DNA of 64,000 nucleotides from Carcharhinus amblyrhynchos. Taxonomy: Eukaryota. The translations under genes and the position numbers were made by a program. Under the pieces are notes generated by a model. That model had not been told where the DNA came from. It saw nothing but the letters and a program-made list of their open reading frames with translations, and searched no databases. Each line of letters starts with the position of its first letter. The first letter of the stretch is position 1. The stretch covers positions 45,446,001 to 45,510,000 of the forward strand of contig OZ336889.1 in the NCBI GenBank assembly GCA_965287045.1, read 5' to 3'. This document shows, one piece after another, positions 24,246 through 36,200 of this stretch.

Positions 24246-24837
24246 AAAAGTTAGCAGGAGATCCTAATGCGGAGCGTTAGTTAGTTTGATTTACCGTCCA
24301 TTTTTTGCCTTCCTGTTTCTCTTGTGATATTTGATGGGCTATTTATAAGGCGCTTTTTCTACGCGAGGTCCATCAGTTCAAGTAACTGGCGCAAGTGCTC
24401 ATTATTTACTTGTGTCAACTGGCACTGTGATTTGGTAAAGTCTTTAAGGAACGGGATTTTAAACCGTTGAGACCTTTATTGGCATTACCGGAGTCTACAT
24501 GTTGCCTTTCTCTGCAAGGTCATTTGATGGCACATTAGGATTAAAGCCCTTTGTTCGTTCCGCTGATCTGATGATACAGGAATTTTGCGGCTTGTTGTTA
24601 TTCTGCCTGAACTAAAACAACTCAAAGCAGACTGACAGATAGATCAAAAAGCATTATCGAATTGGAGGTCGACAAATATTAACGTTATTCGCAGGGTCAG
24701 CTTGTATAGGTTAAATTGAATTCATGGCTGTGTTGTTAAGAGAACATTTCAAAATATTCCAAATAAAAAACCAGGGAATGTTTTGTTTTGAACTGGACGC
24801 GAGTTTTGAACAATGGAACAGAAGGGAATTTACTCAC

Positions 24838-25185
24838 TGCCAACGCCCAGCTTGGTTCCGCCTCCGAAGTAGTACATGCTGCTTTTCCATATAGCACAGA
24901 AATACTCTGCGGTGTCCTCCGATTCAACTTGACCGATACTTAAAGTTCCCGTGTTACCGGATACCGAACCTGAAAATCGGTCTGGAACTCCCGGGGCTCT
25001 GATAGTGCTGCTTCCAGCCCAGTGATAAAGCAGGTACCGGGGGGCATTTTCAGATTTCTGCTGGTACCAACTTATGGCAGCGCTTTCTAAACTGGCGCCA
25101 GACAAGGTGCAACTTATTTGGACGGTTCCTCCGAGAGAAGTAGATTTCGAAGGCGGTTGACTAACAGTAATCGCCGCGTTAGAAA
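24838..25185 (-). CDS. IGLV: Germline-joined VJ exon, cluster 2
   Basis: 348 nt. C TLSGASLESAAIS WYQQK...YFC AIWKSSMYY FGGGTKL. Splice sites intact. Confidence 0.97.
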
Positions 25186-25320
25186 CTGAAAGAAAAGAAA
25201 TTCCAAATATTAATGTTAAGCTACTCAAATTAATTACAGAAAAAAGACGACTTTAGAAAAGTCACCGAAGTAGTCCTCGGAAACGCGCATTTACATCGAC
25301 CGGACGTTTTAAATACTCAC

Positions 25321-25369
25321 ATGCCAGGCCAAAAATGAACACAATGATCGCATGGACCCAGTCAGTCAT
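25321..25369 (-). CDS. IGLV: Leader exon, cluster 2
   Basis: MTDWVHAIIVFIFGLA+T|gtgagt, same as cluster 1. Confidence 0.93.
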
Positions 25370-25444
25370 TGTGAAAAGTTTGCCGAGGTACCGAGTTCTG
25401 CCAGTTATTTGACAAGATGGGCTAACTGTCTGAATCTCTCTCTC

Positions 25445-25526
25445 TTTTAATAACCCCTGTCGCCAAGAAGGTGTTCCCTTGTGTTGGAAGGCAAATTAGT
25501 CTTTTCATCTCAACCAATCAGATTGG
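25445..25526 (-). promoter_or_regulatory. V promoter, cluster 2, with mutated octamer
   Basis: TATA-like and CCAATCAGATTGG are retained. The octamer position 25489-25496 reads aggcaaat instead of atgcaaat. Confidence 0.8.
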
Positions 25527-25717
25527 CTCCTAAAACCTGTGACGGTGACTGTAATCTCCCGATTTCTGGCCATTGTTATTGCTGTTAACTTTTCTGTCTC
25601 AGAGCTGAAACTTTATTTACTTTCAATAATTAAACTTGACTAAAACTGCAAAGCATTTCTCAAGTTTGTTTCATGAAAGGACATCGACGTGAAGCGTAAA
25701 CTCTTTCCTTCTCCACA

Positions 25718-25841
25718 AATGTGGAGATGCCGCTGTTGGACTGGGGTGGGCAAAGTAAGAAGTCTCACAACACCAGCTTAAAGTCAAACAGGTTTATTTG
25801 GTATCACCAGCTTTCGGAGCGCTGCTCCTTCATCAGGTGAG
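25718..25841 (-). mobile_element. Penelope-like fragment with hammerhead motif, cluster 2
   Basis: Paralog of 4093-4216. cttctccaca on both flanks (putative TSD). Confidence 0.7.
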
Positions 25842-28226
25842 CCACTCTTCTCCACAGAGGCTGTGTTGAGTATTTCTCATATTTTCTTGTTTCTGTTCTG
25901 GTTTTTGAATTTATTGAACTGAACCTTCCAATGTCTTGAAAAGCTTACCATTATCATGGTTACTTCCGAATGTATTCCTGTAAATAGCGGGTCAAATGCA
26001 ATCTATAAATATTGGTGATCAGTGAGACTGCAGTTTAGAACAAGTACAACGAATCAGGTAGGCAAATTACAAGATTTATCTTCCTGTAAGTGGATTGGAG
26101 TGCAGGAATAACACAATTTTGCTGTAGTTGTGTAAAACCTGGAAACGGTCGAGAAATCATCGAATCCCAAAATTCAGAGGAGGCCATTTCATCCATCGAA
26201 ACTACGCCGACAATTCGAACCAGGCCCAGTTACCCTGCTAGTCCCGCTGATACTAAGGGGTAATTTTGCGTGACCGATTGAGTTAAGCTGCACATTTTTC
26301 TACTTTGAAGGAACAGCAAGCGAAAACACAAGTAGACGCAGGGAGAATGTGAAAACGTCATACTTATAGTGACCCCAGTCCGCAATTGATCCTGGGTCTC
26401 TAGCACTTTAAGGCAGCAGTGCTAACTGCAATGCCACAGTGCACACCTGAGATAAACAATTTGCTTGCACGCTTAGGAAGGATATAATTTCATTAATTCC
26501 TCGGACACGGTGTTGCCATACGGTGAGAGTCTGAGTCAGTTGGGTCACCACTCTTTGAATTTTGAATGAGTTAAAGATTAGTTCATTTTATCATCAAATG
26601 CTCGTTGAAAAAGTGTTAGTGCTGCAAAATGACAGGAACATAGTGTTAATTTGCGATGTTTTGAAAGATTTAACGTTTTGCAACTTCATTAATTAACTTT
26701 ATCGATATGTTACAATGACTACAGCTACTGTAGAACAGGCACAACAGAGTTGAATTAAGCGCAGACATTGTAGGGAAAATACAATTCTAAATTTTCACTG
26801 AATAACAAAGATAAATAACACAGCTGTAGGGAACACAAACACCGTGAAAAGTAAACATAAGTTTTGCTAAAGATTAAAAGCACAACTTAAAAGAAGAAAA
26901 TACAGAAACATCATTCTCCCACCCTACAGCTGTGAGTTTTTGCAGTGGAGATGTCGAGAGAGTCAAGGTATCAGTGAAACATAGAAACTAGAAGCAGGAG
27001 TAGGGAATTGCGCCCTTCGAGTTTGTTCCTCCATTCATTTTCACCATGGCTGATCATCCAATTCAATATCCTGTTGAATCCTGAATGGATCTCCCTTCCC
27101 CCATATCCCTGGATGCCTTCAGCCCCAAAAGCTATATCTAATATTTTAATAAAATCCGAGAACGTTTTGGCCTCAACTACATTCTGTGGTAGTGAATTCC
27201 ACGCATTCACCGCTCTGGGTGAAGAAATTTCTCCTCACCTCAGTTCTAAACGGTTTACCCCTTATCCTCAAACTATGACCCCCTCGTTCTGGACTCCGAA
27301 ACCATCGGGAACATTCATTCTGAATCTACCCTGCCTAACCCTGCTAGAATTTCGAAAGTTTTTATGAGATCTCCTCTCATTCTTCTAAACTCCAGTGAAT
27401 ATAATCCTCACCGACTTAGTCTGTCCTCGTACGACAGACTCCTTCCCAGGAATCATCCTGCTAAACCATCGCTTTACCCCTCTACAACAAGGACGTCCTT
27501 CGTCAGATAGGGACACCAAAACTGCACATAATACTCCATGTGTACTCTCACCGTCGCCGTTGTAGGGAAAGTGAAGTTTAATTCTCAGTTTTAGATTAGT
27601 GTGCACACAATCGCAGTGTGTCAACCCAGCCTGGTGTTTTGCTGAATTCTGGGACACAAACGCATCACATGACTTGATCTTGGCATCACAGTCAAACTGG
27701 ATAAGGAATAAAGGACACACGATCTTAAGGCAGTAAAGTAAAACGTCAAGGATGAACAATTATCTGTATGGAACTATCCACCTCGCTAGCAATTAAAATT
27801 ATCAGCTCCATTCCTTAAATTCAAAGTCCTGCTGTCCAGGAAAAAGCAAATGCTAAATCTTTCAGCCATATTTATTGAATCAGTGCGGTTTAACTTGTGA
27901 TGTTTAAGGGAAATCATTTTATTTCACACCATGCAACATCTTTGACATTGTAAGTTTAGAATTATGGGCTATAATTAGCATTTGTAACTTTGTAGTTCTT
28001 TCAAATTTTAATATCTGTTAGTTGAATGTATTGTGTTATATTTAACACGTCTAATCTCGTTCAAACATTAATATGTATTTTACAAAGAGTTGTGTGTAAT
28101 TGTTGTAACTTTATATGTTTGGAAATTATTGAACAAACTTAATATACTTATACCAAGAGCTGAAAGGTACAACACATGCATATTATTGAGAGTTCAATGT
28201 AATATCTGACCATGACAGCATTACCT

Positions 28227-28600
28227 GGAATGACAGGATGGTTACTGGGTGAAAAGGGATACCGACTGAGGACACGGCTTATGATAAAATTCCACAAGAC
28301 GAACGTGAAGCACCGGATCGTTACACCCGTGCTCAGATAGCATCTCGTCAGGTGATGGTCAGGGTAATTGGCTTACTGAAGTGACGTTGGCTGGACAGGG
28401 CAGGTGGCATGTTACGGTATGCACCAGGAAACGTGACAAAGGTTTTTCTCGCGTGTTGTCTATTGCAAAACTTTGCCCTCCAGCATACAGCGGGCATTCA
28501 CCGCGAAGATGACTTGCCTACGGAAATGGGGAAGCTGGACGAGGTCAAAATGGAGCCTGATGGAGAGGCCGAGCTCCAGGTGACACAATGGCAGTTTTAA
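28227..28600 (+). mobile_element. Harbinger transposase relic, unit 2
   Basis: Paralog of 6602-6975. Confidence 0.85.
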
Positions 28601-29073
28601 AACGCCTGGAGCTGCTGCTTTTGGACAATGAACTGTTAAAATGATTAATTCGTATGTCCAAACACGCCCCTTGCAAAACTTGCATCCATTCCTTCCTTCC
28701 AGCCCTTCATCCCCCTTACCTCCTTGTCTACAAAAAGATTAGAAGTGTTTTCTTAAAGTAGAAAACGGATTGCATTTTTTATGCTTCTAAAGTTATGAAA
28801 TATATTTTATTGAAAAATGTTTGAAAAGTTCAGATAGTTATTTCAGATAAATGTGAACATGATTAAACTTATACAGTGATAAAATTATTTCTGTCATTTG
28901 GTTAATAATCTTCTTTCATTAAACTTAACAAAATGATTAAAATCATTTATTCAAACGTCAAACGTCAAAATGCAACATTCAAATGTTAGAATAATGGAAT
29001 ACTTTAAATAAACAATGCAGAAATATTAATCTTAAACAAATCGGAATAAACAATGAAAAATGGAACATGCCTC

Positions 29074-30282
29074 AGAACAAAGAACAAAAGAACAACATCA
29101 GCCCGGGAAACCTTCGAGCCAACGAGCCCACGCTGCCATCTCAACACCACCTCTCTACCCATGACCCCTATCTAATGCTTTATGGCCATCCAGATTGAGG
29201 GAAAACTGATTTGGGGACAATTTATTCCTGCCAATCAGCCTAACAGCACATCTTTGAGGTGTGGGAGGAAACCGGAGCACCCGGAGAAAACCCACGCAAG
29301 CACGGGGAGAATGCGCAAACTCCCACAGACACCGGCCCAAATCCATGTGTCTGCACAGCAATCAGCGATAGTCACTGAGCTGTCGTCTTGCCCAGTATCT
29401 TGTCCAGTTTAGGCACACACTAACGACATGAAGCACTGGGCCAATCTCGAACAACCAAAAGCAGCCCCAGTACGACCCATCGCGTGTATGCCCCTCGTTG
29501 GACACGAGGTGGACCGACTTAAAACCTGTGAATGAAAAGAGAAAAACATTATTATCATACTATACCCACTTACATTTCTAGGGACACCCCAATGCTAATG
29601 ACCCTTATTTAAAGGTTCTCCTATATCCACCCATCTCCAACTCAGTCATGTGCCTGTCTAAGTTACTCTTAAAGGACTCCAGCGTGTTTGCCTCTACCAC
29701 CTTACTTGGCAGAGCATTCCATACCCCCACTACCCTCTGTGTGAAAAACCTCTCTCTAATATCTGTGTTGTACCGCTCCCCCCTCACCTTAAGTCCATGG
29801 CCCCTTGTCCTACGTGACTCTATTATAGGAAATCTGTTTACTCTATCTATACCCTTCATAATCTTATATATCTCTATTAGATCCCCCCTCAGTCGGCGTC
29901 TGTCAAGGGAAAAGAGCCCCAATTTCTTCAATCTTTCCTCATACCCCAGTCCTTCCATACCAGGCAACATCCTGGTAAACCTCCTCTGCACTCTCTCCAG
30001 AGTCTCCACGTCCTTCTGGTAGTAAGGCGACCGGAACTGTACGCAGTACTCCAAGTGCGGCGTAACCAACGTTCTGTACAACTGCAACATTAGACTCCAG
30101 CTCTCATATTCTATACCCCTTCCTATAAAGGCTAACGTATCATAGGCTTTCTTCACCACACTCTCCACTTGCACTGCCACTTTCAAAGACTTGTGCACTT
30201 GCACCCCGAGGTCTCGCTGCGACTCTATACTCCTTACAGGCTTACCCTTTATCATATAATTTCCCCCTACATTATTCCGGCC
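29074..30282 (-). mobile_element. CR1 LINE with V-domain 3' region, unit 2
   Basis: Paralog of 7449-8670. The ORF2 fragment is open here (29605-30339 in the track), with a 9-nt deletion. Confidence 0.9.
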
Positions 30283-33200
30283 AGGAGACTTGTTAAGGTA
30301 GAGGTAGGAGTGTTGGAGGGAGAGGAAACGCAGCGCCACCGGGGCCCCGCCCCGTCCATTGACGTCTTTTTCTGCATCCCTGCTGGAAGTGAATCTTGCC
30401 CACAGGCAAATGTATCTGAACGGAGTGGCTACTGGCCTGGGTGGGATTGTTGTTGGTGCTGTCTGGATGGGTGAAATGGCTCCATTCTACACTATAGAGG
30501 TTCTGTGGACGGAATTGTGTGGCTGTGCTCTACTCAAAACTGAAAAATACTGCCAGAGGTGAACAGGTCTTTCCATTGCCCACTCCTCAACCACTAGGAT
30601 TCTTGTGGCAGCGGGAAAGGGAAAATTCACCCCCATGATCCTATGACTAAATACTACTTTCACCAACTTGAAACCAATAAAACATTTGTTCAACTTTACA
30701 TATTAACTGATATTCATATTCAATAATTGAAATAAATTTAACGAAATACGGGTTGAGTGAGCAATCTGTATGAACGATATAAAAGAAATAGCAATAAAAA
30801 TGAAATGCAAATACGAACTTTTCTCAGAGCAGGGAGCCCTTTTCTAAGCAAAACTGCCTTTTGGAACCTGTATCTCAAAGGGCATTACTAGGCTGGCCGC
30901 AACATAAGGAAGTGTGGTTCAGGGATGTCTTGCAACACCATGGGCCTGGTCAGGTGACTTTGTTGCGTGTTCGAGCCTGCTGCATACATTGGTAGTATCG
31001 GCGCAGTTGGTCAGGAGACCTAACTGTGCAATTTGTTTCTATTTTGCCTGACCCTACATTGGCCATTGGAATTTATGGGACAAGGAAATTTTGGGCCCTT
31101 ACTTGGTTTGAAAAATTTACCTGAACTTCCAATCAGAGCAGCATCCTCCCGCCTCAAAACCATCTCCTCAGGAACCAGCGCAACACAGGAGAGTCCTCAC
31201 CAGGTCCCCTAATGATGCAGGCAGACTTGGAACGCCCATTAAGGCCCAGTTTGGAATTTGCAATTTTACATTGAAAACGGAAGGATTTCCGTGCTGTTAT
31301 AAAACTATGTTTTTTGGAGGGGTTTATGACCATTTGAGGCTAAATCGATTAAGATAACCTAATTTAGAATGTATAGTGTGCAGAAAAGGTACAAAGTACC
31401 TGGAGTCACCAAGGTACAGTTTGCATAGAAACACATATAACCACTGTTCGAGATTATGAACATGCATTTGTGGATATTCTGTACACCTTGGCCAACTACA
31501 GAGCTGAGTAAAAAGAACCACATTCATTGAAAATACTACAGCCACTAAGTGAAATCGAAAATGACTCTCTAATCAGCGTGGGTCTCAGACAGTTCGGGCT
31601 ATCCCAGACAGCCAAATGAATGGAATAATACAATTTTCCCATAAAAGATTTCCTTAGTAGACAGTGGGAAAGGAACTTTTGAACTCTGTGGACTTATGTA
31701 TGTAGGGCTGTTAGGAGACAATGGGCAAGGGTGCCCGGGCTGTATGGATCTATGTATTTTTATGCTATATGAGGGTTGAATGATACTGGCCGAATAATTC
31801 ATACTAACATGATTGGCTCATCCGGTTCGGATGAACAGAGTAGGCAGGCAGATGATTTCTGAAAAATGTGTAATTGTAATACTGCTAACAATGTAAATAA
31901 GAATAATTTGGGCTTCCACAAATAATTCTCCTACCCATGTTGACCACGCCTGGACAATAAAGAATGTCGTCAACCACAATAAGTGTCTCCGTGAGTCTTC
32001 ATATTTGCTGAGCTGCAATTAATAAAGAGAAACCTCTCAAGTAAAAGCTAGCATAATAAATTGCTCTCTGAAAATGTTGAAGCATTTTTAATGTTTAATT
32101 ATTTTACGTACTTGATGCTGTTGTTAAGAATTAATATTTTAATGTTTGAAAGTGAGCATTATTTAATGTAGAAACAGGTTGGATTAGTTTTCCTAAATTT
32201 GTGAAGGTACTATTTAAATCAGCATTATATTAACATATAACTTTATGTATGGTCCGCATACAAATGTTCATATGTTTTACTTTATAATGTGCTAAGTCTG
32301 AGAAACAATTTCATTCTGCATTATATTATTGTAAAAGTTGTATAAGTGTTCCTGTGTTTTAATTTAGAACATTGAAACTGTACATTTCATTGGGAAACTG
32401 AGATATCAGAGCTTCTCAGACTATGATTTGCATAAGATTGAGCAAAACAGACTTCACGTTTTGGGCCGTGGAAAATCTAAACGTGTTCATCATTGGTATT
32501 CTTCTACCTTGCTCAATTGACTTTTAATTCTCATATTTAATTGTCCGGAGTGTTTTTACAAAGCGTTTGCGTCAAACCAAATTTAAATGTTTTGTTTCGT
32601 TCAATAAAATATGAGTAGAATTTCATGGTTTAATAGAACACATTTATCAACAGAAGTAATATCATAGGTAGAAAACATTGCTATCACATTAATGTTGAAC
32701 TAAAGATTTGACTTCAGTCGCTGCACTGACATGTTTAGTTGCCTCATCTTATCAGGTTTCTTATAAAATTTATGTTTCTATAACAACCGTTAGTGAAATA
32801 TTTCCTGCGCTCACACAACAGTCTGTTGTCTCTAAACAAGGAGGTGAGCAAGGGAAATGAACAGCGGTGGGGAGAGGAAGGAGAGGGAGTGTGAGGGGAG
32901 GGGAAGGGGAGGGGATATGGGGAGAGGTGACATTGGGAGGGTTAAAAGAGAGAGGATAAAAAGGAGTGGTAAAGATGGGGAGGAGGAAATAAGGAGGGGC
33001 AAATGGGGAGGGGGGACACGGGAAAGGTAAAACGGTAGGGGGAACGGTGAGGGAGAAATGAAGAGGTGATTGTGGGGAGGGGAAAATTGGGGAAGAGGAA
33101 AACAGAAGGGGGAAAGGGAGGAGGGCAAAAGGTGGATGGAGAAAACTGGAGTGAGAAAATGGTGAGCAGGAGAAGGAGGGAGCGGGAAAAGTGGGGAGTG

Positions 33201-36200
33201 GGATAAGGGAAAAAGAGAGAGGAGGCTTTGGATTTTATGAATAGACTCACTCTTCCACGCCTGCATCAAAGGCTCAAAAAGAACTTTAGTTAAGAATAAA
33301 GCAAAACACACAACTTTCCAGCGGTGGTGTGAAATGCCCCCAGATTTTGAATCTGCACTGTATTCTGTAACACTAAATTAGGGAAACTCTTAGAATAGAG
33401 TTAGACAGTGCTTCAAATATGTTGGAACATCCAAATCCTGAAATTTATACCAGACACTAACATCGACCTAGTTATACAGGAACCTGCTTTTCACTAGAAT
33501 TATTCTCATGACAAAATGGTAAAAACATTTTTTAAAATCTTTCTCTTCCTTTCCTTGTATTCCAAATATGTTAAACATCTTTTTAAAATATTTTACAAAA
33601 AAATCCCCCATGGAATTTCTGCTGCATCTACTCGCTGCAGGTAGACCAAAGAATAAGTGTGCAAATAAATAAGGGCAAAAACTAAGTTAATATCAGCGCA
33701 GGTGACGAAGGTTTTGGTACAATTGCAGCTCAACGCTTCAATATCGGCAGCTTTGCAAACCTCAATCGGAGGCTCAAATTTGGTGCTCTTTGTCTGCGCA
33801 TGCGCCGGGACTTGCATCGAGTTCCGACGCGCATGTGCGGGGCACTATCGACTTTAACTCGCATATGGGCAGCAAGTTCCGGGCCACGTATTCTGTTGAC
33901 CTTTCTGATGTCTGAAATTGGGTCTGACATTTCCCACATGTTAATGAGTTTCCCGGAACACGTACTTGCAAATTTGCAGCACCTTCGCCACCTTCTGTTT
34001 GGACTGCGGTGTGGCACTTTCTTCCACTGAAGCCATGACATCAGCGTTCCTCAAAGTCGTGACCTGGTATTTACACATTGCCCCATTTTCAGGAACTTGA
34101 ATGTTTAAAACGAACACGACTCACTGCACCTCTGCACCTGCCTTCACACAAAGGTTGTACATCCCCCTACTCCATTCGATGATGCTGTTTCTCCTCCACC
34201 AGCACAGTTTCGACATCTCGTTCCTCTGCAACTCTCTGCCCTGTTCCCCAAGGAGCACCTCTTCCACTGACTCACTACCATGACCTACTGCTATGTCCAA
34301 GGACAAGTGTGAATCCAGCAGAGGGAAATGTTTGCAATTGTTGATCGGATGAAATAAACTTCCCTCCTCATACACCGTTTAAACATTTAGTTAATGACGT
34401 TTCGTTTGTGCATTATAGCACCAGAATGAACAAAGGCTACTTGAGGATTAATGACCGCACCCACCCCCCCTCCTCCTCCCCCCCGGCCACACACGCACAC
34501 AGTTACCGGACAAATTCCCGGTGTTCAGTGCGGTCATTCAGGAGGATAAAACAGTCCCTGGGTAAACGGTGCCCCCTGACATTCTGGGCAACCGTTCCTT
34601 CTGAAAGGAAATGTTGATTCACTTTCTCCCGTTACCCGAAAGCAAACAGAAAAAACATTCTGTGAGGACGAAAATTAGACACAACATTTGTTGAGAAGTC
34701 AGCACCATCTCAAAACCACTGAAATTTACCACATCTTCTTAAATGAGGAACTGCTCATATCACGTGACCTTGTAACCTAAGATTTATATTTTATAACGAA
34801 CAGCGTGGATTCATACACGTGCCCAGGCTCAACTTCCGAGGCATTGAATTTCTTACGGCACTCACTACATCGCCAGCTTATCTGCCAAAGGACACCTTTG
34901 AATCCGTCAGAATGAAATGTTTATAAATATTTATTACATGAATAAACTTTCCATGCTCTAACATGGTTCAAACACTCAGTTAGTGACGTATCGTTTGTTC
35001 ATTCCAGAATTAGTCTGAGCACTGGTTACTCTGACCTGAATGGTTCCCAACAGTTACCTGAGCACCTCAGTGAGCTCAAACAGGAAGGCGTCACCGCCCA
35101 GGTCACAGAGTGCTTCCGGGCATTATGGGTAACCATTTTCTCAATACATAAATGAATAAAAAACCTTGTTTTCTACCCAGTCTTCTGAAACCCTTTGTAC
35201 AGTTAATGGAGACAAACCTAATGGTACAAAAACAAACTGATACGTCCACATTGTGCCAACGACGATTAGAGATTACAGTTGATAACAAGGGCGGCACTAT
35301 CTTCAAACAACTGGAATTTTCGACACTTATGAAATGAGGAAACATGCACATCCAATTGCCTTTTAACTATCTACAATCAAACTAAGATTTTTTTGATCAA
35401 ATATCATAGATTCATATCCATGTCCTGGCACAACGCCCAAATCATTGATAGTTTTATGGCCCCTGTAAATAAATGGCACGCTTGCACTTGCAATCACTGC
35501 CTGTCAATTTCTTTCCAGGCTGAGGTATTGATTTTTCTTGGACGACTTCAAGCTCCCATTACCGAAGACGCGGCGATGCCTGCTTTCAAGTTCACAAAGC
35601 CGAATTTTGACACCTGCATCCACTAAATTATGAAAAATTTATTCTGATTCACATTCTACGATGCAACACGTTTTGAAGTCAGTTAAATGATTGATTTCTA
35701 CTTGGCTAAGGTAACAATTCTCTAAAATGAACTTCCCCCATTTATTTTACTGTAAGCATTTGATAGTTTAATTTAACGCTTTCCAAGGTCTTCAAATTAT
35801 GTTAACCGTGTGCAGACCCATGAAAACAACTGAAATGTTTTAAATTATTTTTGAAATCCTTTAAATTCATTTAGAACTTTGGAAAGCGCCCGGCGGAGGA
35901 CTGAAGGGATTTCAACGGCCTTTCTGTCAAATGATGACTTCAATCGGGCTGCCACTTCTGAGACTCGCCTATACTCCTGGTGCCTGTCTCCGTAGACAGC
36001 TGAGTCCGGCAGCAGGGAGATGAAGACCTGAAACCTGCAGTGGTAAACGTCAAGGCAGCAGATTCAATACTGGTCAGCGGCACAGCGCCAGGGACCCGGG
36101 TCACAAATTGTGCAGAATCTGCGCTTTCTCTCCGTGTCTGCGCGGATCCTCTGGGTGAATATTAATGCGATACTTACGATTCGCATTGCTGTGATGTCAC

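Noticed and set aside
21626-33500. Unit 2 as an assembly artefact (false duplication of unit 1)
   Set aside because: Private insertions, indels and clustered CDR differences argue for a real paralog, though long-read confirmation is still desirable.
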